A stretch of DNA of 64,000 bases from an uncultured bacterium (GCA_964584165.1 CAZOYW010000006.1:36022-100021), one strand, 5' to 3'; shown: positions 38,471 through 48,480, counted from the stretch's first letter. Numbers and translations are program-made. Notes: generated by a model not told the origin, from the sequence alone.

Positions 38471-40566
38471 CGTCTCACGATTCCCGCGCGGCACCGTTCC
38501 CCGGCCCTTCTCCCTCCGGGCCTAAGAAAGCGCAGAGGGCGGACGCCGCTGGGGGGAAAGGGGGGCGGGGGGCGGCTGATCCAGGGGATCTCTTCCAGGG
38601 CGGCGGCGGGGAGGAGGACGGGGCCGAGGACCTCGGCCTCTCCCTTCCCGTCGATCTCGAGGAGAGAGGCGCCAGGAGGGGAGAGGACGATCTTCCAGGA
38701 CCAGCCGTAATCCCAGCTTTGCCATTCCCCAGCCGCGGCGCCGGAAAAACGATAACGCGCCCCGCCCCGGCAACGGAGCGCCGCCGCCAGGACCGGAGAC
38801 CGGCCCGCAGAAACGCCAACCGCCTCCGCCCTCCAGGAACCTGGGGGGAGCGCGGCCGCCGCGGGGAAGCCCCAGAAACCCGGCCGGGACGCCGCCGCCA
38901 ATCCGCCGGCGCCGGACCAGAGCGGAGAGCGCCCCGCGGCTGAGGCGGCGACGGCCGCGGAGAAGGACTCGAGGTCCCGGGCCTCGCCGGCGACAAGGTC
39001 GCAGTAGGTCCGGGCACGGCCGAGATAGGACACCTCCGGCGTGCCCTTCCAGGGCTTGAACTCGTCGGGGTCGCCGAGGAGGGTCCCCTCCTCGAAAAAG
39101 CGGAGGTAGAGGATCGGGAGGAGGTAGCGGTGGAGGGGCCAGGGAAGGAGATAGCCGCGGTCGAAATCGCTCTTGAACTCTAGCTCGTCCCAGGCGGAGC
39201 GGGACGAATCGGGGAGGCGCGGGTAGGCGAGGTAGACCGGGGATTCGAGCTCCCCGGAGACGAGGCGCGCGCGGAGATCGAGGATCCCGTCCACGCCCAG
39301 GCGGGTCAGGTTGTTCTCGGGGTTGCGGGCGACCTCCCAGGCGCTGAAACGGAGGTTGCCGAGGCCGAAGACGAGGAGGCAGAGAAGGGCGAGGCGGGCG
39401 GGGAGGCGGCGGGAAGAAACGAAGAGGGGGGTGAGCCAGACGCCGAGGGCGGCGAGGAGGAGAGCGACCGGCGGCCGGTTGTAATAAGTATACTGGTACA
39501 GAATGTCCGTCCCAGCCGGGAGAAGGACGACGCCGGCGAGGACGACCAGGAGGAGGGAGAGCGCGGTCGGCTGGCCGGCGCCTTTCCAGCCCCGGACCGA
39601 AAAAACCGAGCCGGCCAGGACAACGAAAGCCGCGATCAGGACCGCCTTCCCTCCCGGCCCCGAGACCCCGAGCCAGCCCAGGCAGCACTTCAGGATGTGG
39701 CGGGAGTTCTCCCACCCGTAGGCCAGGTTGCGCGGGATGAACTCGCGGGCCATCTCGGCGATCTTCCAGGCAACGAAGGGACCCCGCGCCTCGGGCGAGG
39801 CGACATGGGGGAGAACCTTGATGTAGACCGCGGCGGCGAGGAGTCCGGCCGCGGCCAGCCCCCCGATCAGTCCCCAGCGCAGAGGCCGGAGCCGCTTCTC
39901 CAGGAGGATGAGCGCGGCGTAGAGGACCGCCGCCAGGGCCCCGTACTCGTCGCTGAAGAGGCCGGCCAGGAAGACCAGGAGAAAGGCGGCCGCCCGCGGC
40001 CAGGCCCGGCGGAGGGAAAGCCCGCGCAACGAGAGAAGGAGGAGGAGGCCGAGGAGGATCTCGGCGGAGACAAGGCTCTTGGTCGGGCGGACGGGGGCGT
40101 GGTGGCCGACCATCACCTCGGTGGTGATGAGCCAGAAGCCGGCCGCCGACCAGCCCCCTTCCCAGCGGCCGGTCCAGGAGCGGGAGAGGGCGGCGATCAA
40201 AAACCCGATCAGGAGGGTGAGGAGGAGATCGGAAGGGAACCAGAGGAAGGGGCCGAAGCGGCGCATCAGGCGCACGTCCAGGCGGGGGGTGAGAACCTCC
40301 AGGAGCTGGGCGACCGGGCGGGGGCGGTACTCGGTGTCGCCGGCCTTCCAGTCGAAGACCTTGCGCCACTCGAAATCCCTCCAGTCCGAGGAGAGGGAGC
40401 CGAAGCGCAGGCCGCACTGGAGGGCGTCGTACTCCAGCCGCAGCGGCTCCGGCGTGCGGAAGCGGACGGGGAAGGCGGCGAGGAAGCAGGCGAACAGAGC
40501 GGCGGCGGCCAGGAGGAAGAACGCCGCCGCCGGGCGCGGCGAACGGGAGGACGGGGTCTCGGCCAT
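38467..40566 (-). CDS. Membrane protein, paralog family B (N-terminal TM helices + periplasmic domain), unknown function
   Basis: Starts MAETPSSRSPRPAAAFFLLAAAALFACFLAAF. Shares LRLEYDALQCG, RFFEEGTLLGDPDEF and ...VLGPVLLPAA with the gene at 41366-43504. The upstream part of ORF 38467-41019 overlaps the MTase gene, so it was trimmed. Confidence 0.65.
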   Translation of the reverse strand: MAETPSSRSPRPAAAFFLLAAAALFACFLAAFPVRFRTPEPLRLEYDALQCGLRFGSLSSDWRDFEWRKVFDWKAGDTEYRPRPVAQLLEVLTPRLDVRLMRRFGPFLWFPSDLLLTLLIGFLIAALSRSWTGRWEGGWSAAGFWLITTEVMVGHHAPVRPTKSLVSAEILLGLLLLLSLRGLSLRRAWPRAAAFLLVFLAGLFSDEYGALAAVLYAALILLEKRLRPLRWGLIGGLAAAGLLAAAVYIKVLPHVASPEARGPFVAWKIAEMAREFIPRNLAYGWENSRHILKCCLGWLGVSGPGGKAVLIAAFVVLAGSVFSVRGWKGAGQPTALSLLLVVLAGVVLLPAGTDILYQYTYYNRPPVALLLAALGVWLTPLFVSSRRLPARLALLCLLVFGLGNLRFSAWEVARNPENNLTRLGVDGILDLRARLVSGELESPVYLAYPRLPDSSRSAWDELEFKSDFDRGYLLPWPLHRYLLPILYLRFFEEGTLLGDPDEFKPWKGTPEVSYLGRARTYCDLVAGEARDLESFSAAVAASAAGRSPLWSGAGGLAAASRPGFWGFPAAAALPPGSWRAEAVGVSAGRSPVLAAALRCRGGARYRFSGAAAGEWQSWDYGWSWKIVLSPPGASLLEIDGKGEAEVLGPVLLPAAALEEIPWISRPPPPFPPSGVRPLRFLRPGGRRAGERCRAGIVRR

Positions 40567-40589
40567 GGATCTTCCGCCTCTCCTTCCGG

Positions 40590-41369
40590 TCAGGCGCGCT
40601 TGCGGGCGACCACCGCTACCGAGGTCCCCAGGGGGAATTCCCAGCGCTTGAGCCAGAACCGCTCGCAGGCCCCGAGCACGAGGAAAACAAGGTTGAGAAA
40701 GGAGTTGGTGACGGTGAGGTCGGTCTTGTGTTTCTCCAGGCGGGTCCGCTGCAGGCCCCCGACCTGCTGCGCCTTCCGGATGAGCAGCGCGGGGAGGAAG
40801 GCGGTGGGGTGGAGATAGGTGTGGCGGATGATCTCGACCGGGAAGCGCTTCAGGATCGCCGCCAGGCGGGGACGGGTGAAGCGCCGGCAGCCGCCCTCCA
40901 CGTCGTCGTGGGGACCGAAGAGGCAGTCGAAGGCCGGCTCGGAGAGAAGGACGAGACCGCCGGGACGGCAGACCCGGACCAGCTCCCCGACCACCGCCGG
41001 CACGTCCTTCACCGAACACTGGTGCAGGGTGTCGGAGCAGACCACCACGTCGGCGAGGTTCTCGCCCAGGGGGAGGAGCTGGGCGTCGCCCTGAACCTTG
41101 AGGACCGGGCCGCGGATGTAGGAGTCAAGCACCCGAAAGTTGAGATCGACGAAGACCCTCTCCCATCCCCGGGGGAACTGGGAACTGGCACCGCCCGGGC
41201 CGCAGCCCACGTCCAGGAGGAACCTCCCCCGGTCCAGATACGGCTCGACCAGATCGCTCAGGCAGCGGTAGTGGACCCGGAACCACCAATGCCGGTTGCA
41301 GAGGGCCACCATCTCGCGGTAGAGGCGTTCCCGGTCCACCGCGCCCGAGGCGGGGGAGAGGCCTTTCAC
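40590..41369 (-). CDS. Class I SAM-dependent methyltransferase
   Basis: LDVGCGPGG motif I; GTG start overlapping the upstream TGA (GTGA); the ORF's upstream extension is Arg/Pro-rich junk. Confidence 0.75.
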   Translation of the reverse strand: MKGLSPASGAVDRERLYREMVALCNRHWWFRVHYRCLSDLVEPYLDRGRFLLDVGCGPGGASSQFPRGWERVFVDLNFRVLDSYIRGPVLKVQGDAQLLPLGENLADVVVCSDTLHQCSVKDVPAVVGELVRVCRPGGLVLLSEPAFDCLFGPHDDVEGGCRRFTRPRLAAILKRFPVEIIRHTYLHPTAFLPALLIRKAQQVGGLQRTRLEKHKTDLTVTNSFLNLVFLVLGACERFWLKRWEFPLGTSVAVVARKRA

Positions 41370-43504
41370 GACGCCCTCCCCCCCGGCGGGAAAAGGGGCC
41401 GGGGCGAAAGGGCGGCGGGGAGGAGCGCCGGGCCGATCACTTCCACTTCCGCGTCGCCGGCGACCTCGATCTCGACCTCGCCGGCGGCGGCGGGGAGGGG
41501 GACGGCGAAGATTTGGAAGGCCCAGTCGTAGGTCTGCTCGCGGCGCATGAGCTCCTCGCCGGTGTCGAGCCGGCGCGCGACCAGGAGGCACCTCCTCCCG
41601 GTGGTGGGAACCGTGCGCGGGAGGACGTCATCCCCTCCGTCCGGGGTCAGGTCCGCCCGAAGCAGGAACAGGAGGGACCGCTCCGGGCCGCCGGCGGGGA
41701 TGTTCGCCCGCAGGCGCCAGCAGCCCGGCGGGAGGCGGGCGGCGACCTGGAGCCCGAGCAGGGAGAGGCGCGCCTCCGGCGCCACCGGGGCCCGGCCGGA
41801 GGGCGGGCAAGCGCGCCAGTCCCCCGGCGAAACGGCGCCGGCGACGATCGCCTTGCGCCACGACGCCAGGTCGTAGACGGTCCCGGCGGGGAGGTCCAGA
41901 TAGGCGTTCGCCGCCGCAAGGTACCCCCCCTCTTCGACCGCGACGAGGGCGCGGAACTCGTCCGGGTTGCCCAGGAGCGTCCGCTCCTCGAAATGGCGAA
42001 GGTTGAGAACGGGCATCATCATCGCGAAGACCGAGAAGGGATCGTTGTTCCAGACCCGGAGCATCAGATCCCAGCGCTCGGATATCCCCATCCGCCGGGG
42101 GCGGGGATAGGCGGCGTAGGCCGGGATGGGCAAGCTCCGGCCGCGAACCGCCCGGGAGAGTCGGAGCATCCGCTGCACGTAGCACTGGGCCTGATCGCCG
42201 TAGCCAAACCAGGAGGGGTAGCGCCGAGCGGCGATCCCCGCCGTACGGGTGTTGAGAGCGCCGATCAGAAGCAACCCTCCCAGCATTATATACCAGAGAG
42301 CAGGCCGGCGGCGCGAGAAGATATCGGCGCCGAGCGCCGCGACCATGATCATGGCTGAAGCGGCGATCGAGGCGTAGTAATACGTCTCCGCCTGGACCGA
42401 GGTCGGCTCCCGGGGAAAGATGAAGACCGTGATCAGCCAGACGTAGAGCAGCCAGGCGGCCAGGAAGCGCCAGACGCGCCGCCAGGCCAGAAGGCCGGCA
42501 CCCAGGAACAGGAGCAACGACAGTGACCGGGCGGACCAGTCGAGGAGAGGGGGGCCGTAGGGGCTCCCCCCCAGGTTGTACGCCCAGAACCAGCGCAGCC
42601 CGTTGAGGAAGAAATCCCGGGTCCGGGCCAGGAGAACGGCCGGAGAGCCGGCGAAGGGCGCCAGCGCGCCCCCGACGTATCCCAAGGGGGGCGACTCGCC
42701 GGTCACCTTCCACACCGCCCAGCGGGAGATCCCGAGCAGGACCGCGGCATAGACCAGGCCCGGGAGCGCCAGGACCAGCCCGACCAGGCCGGCGTGAGGG
42801 CGGAAGCTGCGCCATTGCAAACCCACCCAGAGGGCGAGCGCGGGAAGGAGGCAGAGGGAAACCTCGTGGGTGTGGCACTGGGCGATCAGGATCAACAGGA
42901 GCAGCAGCGCGGGCCCCCGGGCCCGACCCCGGGGGCGCTCTCTGAGCGCCGCGAGCAGGCAGAAGGAAACGACCGTGAGCAAAGCGACCAAAGGCATGTT
43001 GGACCGGCAGTTGTAGCGAAGGCCGAGCAGGGCCTCGGTCGTCATCAGCCACATCCCGCCGGCGACCAGGCCGGGGGCCCAGGAAGCGAACCAGCGGCGA
43101 CCGATCCAGGCGAGCGCCACCGCGGTGAGGAGGCCGATCAGCATGAAGAACGGCTCGTCGAGGAACGGCCCCCGGATCCGGTAGAGGGCCTGGTCGAGCT
43201 TGGCGACCAGGGCGTCCAGAAGCATCGACGGCTGGCGCGCGTCGTACATCCCGCCGTGGGAGCGCCAGACGAAGGGCTTGAGCAAGTCGGTCCGGGTCAG
43301 GGCGGCGGTCAGGGGGCCCTCCCGGATGCCGTCCTGGAGGGCGTAGTAATGGAGGCGAAGCGTCTCCGGCTGCTGCCAGCGGAGAGGATGGCGGAGCACG
43401 AAGAGGGCGGAGTTGGCGGCGGCCACCGCCGCGAAGACACAGGCGGCCGCAGTCAGCGAGCGCGGGGCGCCGCGGCGCGGTGGATTGGCGGAGGCGACGG
43501 TCAT
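41366..43504 (-). CDS. Membrane protein, paralog family B (second copy)
   Basis: LRLHYYALQDG, RHFEERTLLGNPDEF and EVIGPALLPAA are parallel to the gene at 38467-40566. Confidence 0.65.
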   Translation of the reverse strand: MTVASANPPRRGAPRSLTAAACVFAAVAAANSALFVLRHPLRWQQPETLRLHYYALQDGIREGPLTAALTRTDLLKPFVWRSHGGMYDARQPSMLLDALVAKLDQALYRIRGPFLDEPFFMLIGLLTAVALAWIGRRWFASWAPGLVAGGMWLMTTEALLGLRYNCRSNMPLVALLTVVSFCLLAALRERPRGRARGPALLLLLILIAQCHTHEVSLCLLPALALWVGLQWRSFRPHAGLVGLVLALPGLVYAAVLLGISRWAVWKVTGESPPLGYVGGALAPFAGSPAVLLARTRDFFLNGLRWFWAYNLGGSPYGPPLLDWSARSLSLLLFLGAGLLAWRRVWRFLAAWLLYVWLITVFIFPREPTSVQAETYYYASIAASAMIMVAALGADIFSRRRPALWYIMLGGLLLIGALNTRTAGIAARRYPSWFGYGDQAQCYVQRMLRLSRAVRGRSLPIPAYAAYPRPRRMGISERWDLMLRVWNNDPFSVFAMMMPVLNLRHFEERTLLGNPDEFRALVAVEEGGYLAAANAYLDLPAGTVYDLASWRKAIVAGAVSPGDWRACPPSGRAPVAPEARLSLLGLQVAARLPPGCWRLRANIPAGGPERSLLFLLRADLTPDGGDDVLPRTVPTTGRRCLLVARRLDTGEELMRREQTYDWAFQIFAVPLPAAAGEVEIEVAGDAEVEVIGPALLPAALSPRPLFPPGGRAS

Positions 43505-43547
43505 CGCGGGGTTCGTCTAGTGGAAGCGGCCGGGAAGATCCGCGGCT

Positions 43548-45389
43548 CTATTTTCGCCCGTTTGGGAGCGCGGGGCTACGTTTTTCCGCCAGGTAGAGGT
43601 AGAAGGAGTTGGGGGGCCAGTAGATCGACTGGTGGAGGGCGCGGGGGGCGTTCCCCGGCGTCTCCCGGAGGGTCGTCAGCGTGTAGCCCGGGGGGATCGT
43701 CCGCTCGGGGTCGGGGTAGAAGCGCCGCATCGCCTCCCCTTCGTAACGGGATCCGCGCGAGATGTGCATGTCCACCCAGAGGAAGCGGTCGCCGGCGGGG
43801 AAATAACCCTCCCGGACGCCGTGGACTCGCCACTCCCGCCCCCCCCAGGAAAAAGAGAAAACGGGGAAGGAGGCGGCGAAGTCGGCGTCGAGCGAGTCGG
43901 AGGGACGGGGAAAGGACGGCCAGCGGACCTCGCCGAAGCGGGAGGAACGGGCCAGGGCCATCTCGAGGATCTGGAGGTTCTGCTCGCTCGCGACCAGGCC
44001 GTCGGGGCGGCAGCGCTCGAGCGCGGCGCCGATCGCGTCGAGATCGAGGCGGGAGACCCGGTCGCGGTAGAGGCCGGGGAGCGAGAGAGCGAAAGGGAGG
44101 GCGGGAAGGAGGCAGAGGAGGAAGACGAGGAGTCGGGCGGCGCCGGTCATCCCGGGCCGGCGACCGAGAATCCCTTCGACCAGCCAGCCGTAGAAGAGGG
44201 CGAAGAGGGGAGAGAGGAAGAAGAGCTGGCGGACGCCGCCGAAGGGGACGAGGAAGAGGAGGTTGGCGGCGAAGCAGGCGAGAAGAGTGGAGAGGAGGAG
44301 ACGGGGGACGGGAGAAGCAGTGATCGGTGACCAGCGATCAGTAATCAGTCGGTCTCTCCCCCGATCGATAGCTTGTCCCCCACTGATCACTGATAACTGA
44401 TCACTGACCACTCTCTTTCTCCTCGACCAAAGACCACCGAACCTGCACGCAATCCCCGCAGCCAGAACGAGGAGGAACGGGACGGAGACCCAGTTCCAAC
44501 GGAGGGGGAGATAGACCCTGGGATCGAAGACCAGAGCGAGCTGGTAGTTGAAAAGGTCGTAAAGGCGGACCAGGAGGTAGAGCGGGAGATGGGCCATTCC
44601 TCCCCCCCCTCCCCCGCGCAGGAAGAGGGGGTAGTAGGAGTCCATGTACCAGCGGAAGGACTCGCTCCAGGGGATGATCCGGAGGAGGAGGCGGAGGTGG
44701 ACGGCACAGAGGGCGCCGTAGAGGAGAGCGCCGGGGAGCAGGGCGGTGGGAGGCCGGCGGCGCGACATGGCGCCCAGGCCCTCATAAAGCCCGCAGAGGA
44801 AGATCCCCGCGGTGAGCCAGAGCTGAGTATACATGAAGAGGGCGGAGACAAAGGCGGCGAGCGCGAAGACGACCCAGCCCCGGTAGTCGCCCCGAGGACG
44901 GGCGACAAAGAAATAGGCCGCGAGCTGGAGGGAGGAGGCGAGAAGGGCCGCGGCGTAGACGTCGGCGAACTGGCCGAAGACGACCCCCGGGACGGAGAAG
45001 GCCGCGGAAAAAGCGGCGGCGAACGCCGCCGCGGGGCGGCCCGGGAAGAGCCGGCGCGCGATCGCGAAGACCGCCGCCGCCCCCACCGCCCCTCCCCCGG
45101 CGGCGATCAGCCTCACGGCGACCAGGCTCGTCCCGGTGAAAAGCTGGAGCGCCTCCACCAGGGCCGACCAGGCGACCGTCTGGCCCGAGGCGACGTAATC
45201 CCGGACGTTGGACCAGAACTCCCCCCCCAGGACGAGAAGCGATCCGGACCAGCGAAGAGCGGGGTTGGCGTGCCAGCCGCCCAGCCATTCGTCGAACTGC
45301 ATCTGGACCCGGGAGATGAGGATCAGCCTTAAGCCCAGGGCGAGCAGACCGACGGCCAGGGCCGCGGGCCAGACCGGTCTTTCCTTCAT
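43548..45389 (-). CDS. GT39/GT83-like GT-C membrane glycosyltransferase containing an in-frame repeat-encoded insert
   Basis: N-terminal LRLILISRVQMQFDEW (GT-C DE-type motif) and many TM helices; residues ...VVSDQLSVISGGQAIDRGRDRLITDRWSPIT are encoded by the heptamer arrays at 44318-44412. Confidence 0.6.
   Translation of the reverse strand: MKERPVWPAALAVGLLALGLRLILISRVQMQFDEWLGGWHANPALRWSGSLLVLGGEFWSNVRDYVASGQTVAWSALVEALQLFTGTSLVAVRLIAAGGGAVGAAAVFAIARRLFPGRPAAAFAAAFSAAFSVPGVVFGQFADVYAAALLASSLQLAAYFFVARPRGDYRGWVVFALAAFVSALFMYTQLWLTAGIFLCGLYEGLGAMSRRRPPTALLPGALLYGALCAVHLRLLLRIIPWSESFRWYMDSYYPLFLRGGGGGGMAHLPLYLLVRLYDLFNYQLALVFDPRVYLPLRWNWVSVPFLLVLAAGIACRFGGLWSRRKRVVSDQLSVISGGQAIDRGRDRLITDRWSPITASPVPRLLLSTLLACFAANLLFLVPFGGVRQLFFLSPLFALFYGWLVEGILGRRPGMTGAARLLVFLLCLLPALPFALSLPGLYRDRVSRLDLDAIGAALERCRPDGLVASEQNLQILEMALARSSRFGEVRWPSFPRPSDSLDADFAASFPVFSFSWGGREWRVHGVREGYFPAGDRFLWVDMHISRGSRYEGEAMRRFYPDPERTIPPGYTLTTLRETPGNAPRALHQSIYWPPNSFYLYLAEKRSPALPNGRK
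44318..44412. repeat. Inverted pair of degenerate heptamer arrays (CAGTGAT-like x5 ... CACTGAT-like x4) inside a coding region
   Basis: cagtgatcggtgaccagcgatcagtaatcagtcgg ...tctcccccgatcgatagcttgtcccc... cactgatcactgataactgatcactgaccact; related to the intergenic array at 18778-18830. Confidence 0.6.
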
Positions 45390-47623
45390 GGCTTCACCTC
45401 TTTCCCAAGCGCGGGCCGGCCATGGCGCGGGGACATGATCGCGAAGACCTCGCGCAGAGACGCTTCTTCCGGCCGCCGGAATCCGCTCAGGAGGATGTAG
45501 CGCCAGGGACGCTGGTAGAAATCCCAGATCCAGAGGGTATCACCCCGCGGATCCGCCCGGTAGGGCTTCTCCCAGAGCCGCCGGTCCGCCGACACCAGGA
45601 CCTCCAGGCGTCCCACCGCGTCGGGGCGATCGAAGGCGACCAGGACATCGCTGAAGGGTCCCGACCGGTCGCTGAGGGCGATCTCCAGCTCCGGCCCGGG
45701 AGACAGGAACCTCGCGGCGGGGGCGCAGGAGAGGAGGTTCCCGTCGGTGATCGCCCCCTCCTCCCGGAACTTGACGCCGCCGACGGCCCGGATCGCTCCC
45801 GGGACGCCGTAGGCGGCGCAGATCGCCTGCCAGGGATGACGGACCGCCGCCCGGCGGCGGTATTCCCCGATCAGGCGGAGGCCGAGGTCGACGACCGCTC
45901 CCTCCCGGATCGGCTTGATCGCCATGGAGAGGGCGAGGAGGCGCTCGGCTTCCTGCAGCATCCCCGCCTCCAGGTAGCTCAAGGAGCGGAGCTGGAGGTC
46001 GTCGACCGCGTTCGACCAGTCATAGCGGAGCGTCCGCCAGCGGTCGCGGTAGAACCCAGAGCGCTCCCATTCGCCGGTCATCAGGCGGGCGCCCGCGATC
46101 CCCCGGGCCGTGAGGAGAAGGGTCGCCGCGGTGGCGAGGAGCGCGGCGAGGGCGCCGGCGGTGACGAGCCGGCGGCCGGGGGAACGGGGGAGGGTCTTCA
46201 GCGCCACCCCGAGGAGGACCAGCGGAACGACGGCGGCCGCCGCCATCCAGGCGTGGGGGGAGCGGGGTCCGGAGAGCATCACCTTGAGGACCCGGGGGAG
46301 GAGCGGAAGGGCGAGAACGGCGGCGCGCAAGAGGCCAGCGGGGGTCTCGGAGGCCGGCAGGGCGCGCACCGCCGCGGAGAGATCCGGCGGGAAGAGGCCG
46401 GAGGAGGACCGGCGGAGAAGGCCGACGAAGCCGGCGTAGGCGCAGAGGCAGGCGGCCGAGACAACGAGGAGGCGCCCCCGCCGGGTCCGCCGCCCCGCCC
46501 CGAGCGCGGCCAGGCCGATCATGAAGATCGGGGCGAGGATCAGGCAGTAGCGGGAGCCGAGGTAGGCGTGGAACTCCAGGCCGGAGCGCCGGGAGAAGAT
46601 CAGGAGGAGCTCGGCGGGCACGATCAGGGCCGAGGAGAGAGCGAGGGGGCGGAACGGGCGGGGGGCGAGGATCATGCCGAGTATCCCCAGGAAAGGGACG
46701 AGGCTCAAGGAGATGAACTCGGGGTGCCGGGGAAGGAGACGGACCAGGCTGGCCAGCTTCTCCGCGGCCAGCCCCCCTCCGTAGGGGTCGGTCCAACAGC
46801 TCCCGAACCACTCCCGGAAGATCAAAGCCTGGGGGAGAAGGGCGAGGGCAAAACCCGCGCCGAAGAGCGCGAGGAGGAGAACGGCCGCCCGCCCGACCAC
46901 CTTTCCCTCCCTCCTCCATTTCAGCGCGTAGACCGCCGGAAGGGCGATCCAGACCGCCGCCTGGAGGCGGATGAAAACGAGCCAGCCGAGGAGAAGGCCG
47001 GCGAGGAAGGCGGCGGCGGGAGGAGGAGCGGGTTGCCCGTCCAGGTAAAGGCAGAGGCTGATCAGGAGAGCGACGAAGAGGAGGGCGACCAGCTCCGAGC
47101 CGCCCGGGGTGAGAAAGAGCATCATCCAGATCTCCGTCCCCCAGAAAACCGCCGCCACCGCCAGGGCGGCCGCGGCCGGAGGCGCCAGCCGGCGGCAGAT
47201 CCGGTACATCAGGAGGAGCGCAAGGAGCCCGCAGAAGACGGCGCTGGCGTTGTACCAGAGGAGGCGATAGCCACCGACCGGACCGTAGGCGTCCGAGATC
47301 TGCCAGCGTTCGGAATCGGCCGGCCAGAGCAGGGTCTGGAAGATCTCCCCCAGCCAGAAGAAGGGGTAGGCGACCAGGGCCGCCCCGCCCGTCTGCGGCA
47401 TGGCGAGGTGGCCGGTCACGGTGAGGTGGTACTCGGTCTCCGCGAGCTTGGGCTCGTGGTCGAGGAGGAAGATGTCAGCGTCCCGGAAGAGGCTGGTGGC
47501 CAGCATGCAGTAGGTGGAGTCGACGAAGACGGGGCGATCGCTCGTCCAGAGGTAGAGGCCGCCGAGGATCGCCGCCCCGGCGCCGAGGGCGCCGAGGAGT
47601 GAACGGAGGGGGAAGGGCTTCAC
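45386..47623 (-). CDS. GT-C-like polytopic membrane protein, paralog family A (C-terminal ...REVFAIMSPRHGRPALG)
   Basis: VFVDSTYCMLATSLFRDADIFLLDHEPKLAETEYHLTVTGHLAMP is parallel to the gene at 53439-55586. GTG start overlapping the upstream TGA (GTGA); the ORF's upstream 257 aa is junk overlapping the GT2 gene. Confidence 0.7.
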   Translation of the reverse strand: MKPFPLRSLLGALGAGAAILGGLYLWTSDRPVFVDSTYCMLATSLFRDADIFLLDHEPKLAETEYHLTVTGHLAMPQTGGAALVAYPFFWLGEIFQTLLWPADSERWQISDAYGPVGGYRLLWYNASAVFCGLLALLLMYRICRRLAPPAAAALAVAAVFWGTEIWMMLFLTPGGSELVALLFVALLISLCLYLDGQPAPPPAAAFLAGLLLGWLVFIRLQAAVWIALPAVYALKWRREGKVVGRAAVLLLALFGAGFALALLPQALIFREWFGSCWTDPYGGGLAAEKLASLVRLLPRHPEFISLSLVPFLGILGMILAPRPFRPLALSSALIVPAELLLIFSRRSGLEFHAYLGSRYCLILAPIFMIGLAALGAGRRTRRGRLLVVSAACLCAYAGFVGLLRRSSSGLFPPDLSAAVRALPASETPAGLLRAAVLALPLLPRVLKVMLSGPRSPHAWMAAAAVVPLVLLGVALKTLPRSPGRRLVTAGALAALLATAATLLLTARGIAGARLMTGEWERSGFYRDRWRTLRYDWSNAVDDLQLRSLSYLEAGMLQEAERLLALSMAIKPIREGAVVDLGLRLIGEYRRRAAVRHPWQAICAAYGVPGAIRAVGGVKFREEGAITDGNLLSCAPAARFLSPGPELEIALSDRSGPFSDVLVAFDRPDAVGRLEVLVSADRRLWEKPYRADPRGDTLWIWDFYQRPWRYILLSGFRRPEEASLREVFAIMSPRHGRPALGKEVKP

Positions 47624-48480
47624 GGCGCCGCTTCCCTCCCGGCCGCGCGCCGGCCTCTGACGCGGGGATAGCTGGAGGCCTGGACCCGCCCGAGCAGCCG
47701 GGCTTGAAACCAGGCGGAGAGGATGACCCGGAGCATCCCGAAGCCGGCGCGGACAACCGCGGACGCTGAGCGGTGCATCGATGCCCCCGCCTCCCGGTGA
47801 CGGTAGCGGACCGGGACTTCCCGGAGGGGGTAGCCGCCGGCGAGCGTCCGGATGATCAGCTCGATGTCGAAGGAGAAGCGGTCGTCGTCGAACCAGGTCC
47901 GGAGGAGGTGGCGGCGGTCCCAGGCGTGGAACCCCGCGGTGACGTCGGTGACCCGGGTCCCGGTCAGGGCGGAGACCAGGAGGGAGAGGAAGGAGTTGCC
48001 CAGGTCGCGCAGACGGTCCCTCGCCTCCGGGGACCAATCCCCGCCCCGGAAGCGCGAGGCGTGGGCGAGAACGCACTCCCCCCGCGCCACGGGGTAGAGG
48101 AGGGAGGGGAGGTCCTCGGGGGCGAACTGGAGATCGGCGTCGATCGTCCCCTGGAGGTCGCGCGCGGCGGCGAGGATCCCCACCTTGCTCGCGTGCCCCT
48201 TGCCGTAATCCGGGCGGTTGCGGATCGTCCGGACCAGGCGGTCGGACCGGCCGATCGCCTCGGCGATCTCGGCCGTGCGGTCGTTTCCGCCGTGGACGAC
48301 CAGGATCTCGGCCCGGGGCAGGACGCCCCGGAGGCGCGAGATCAGCTCGGCGATCGTCCCCGCCTCGTTGAAGCAGGCGACGATCACGCTGCACTCGACC
48401 GTCCGGGCGAAGTCCCGCAGGGCGGCGGGGACCTCGGGAACGGCGGAGGAGAACGGCGGATCGCCGGTCGGGCCACTCAT
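47620..48480 (-). CDS. GT2 polyprenyl-phosphate sugar synthase, DPM1-like (286 aa)
   Basis: CSVIVACFNEAGTIAELI...VVHGGNDRTAEIA...TIDADLQF; start ATG 48480 with a GGGGAGG RBS. Confidence 0.8.
   Translation of the reverse strand: MSGPTGDPPFSSAVPEVPAALRDFARTVECSVIVACFNEAGTIAELISRLRGVLPRAEILVVHGGNDRTAEIAEAIGRSDRLVRTIRNRPDYGKGHASKVGILAAARDLQGTIDADLQFAPEDLPSLLYPVARGECVLAHASRFRGGDWSPEARDRLRDLGNSFLSLLVSALTGTRVTDVTAGFHAWDRRHLLRTWFDDDRFSFDIELIIRTLAGGYPLREVPVRYRHREAGASMHRSASAVVRAGFGMLRVILSAWFQARLLGRVQASSYPRVRGRRAAGREAAP

Noticed and set aside
35393-38710. 1105-aa + strand ORF and the 754-aa - strand alternate frame
   Set aside because: Antisense or alternate frame of the YfhO gene 36035-38470; low complexity
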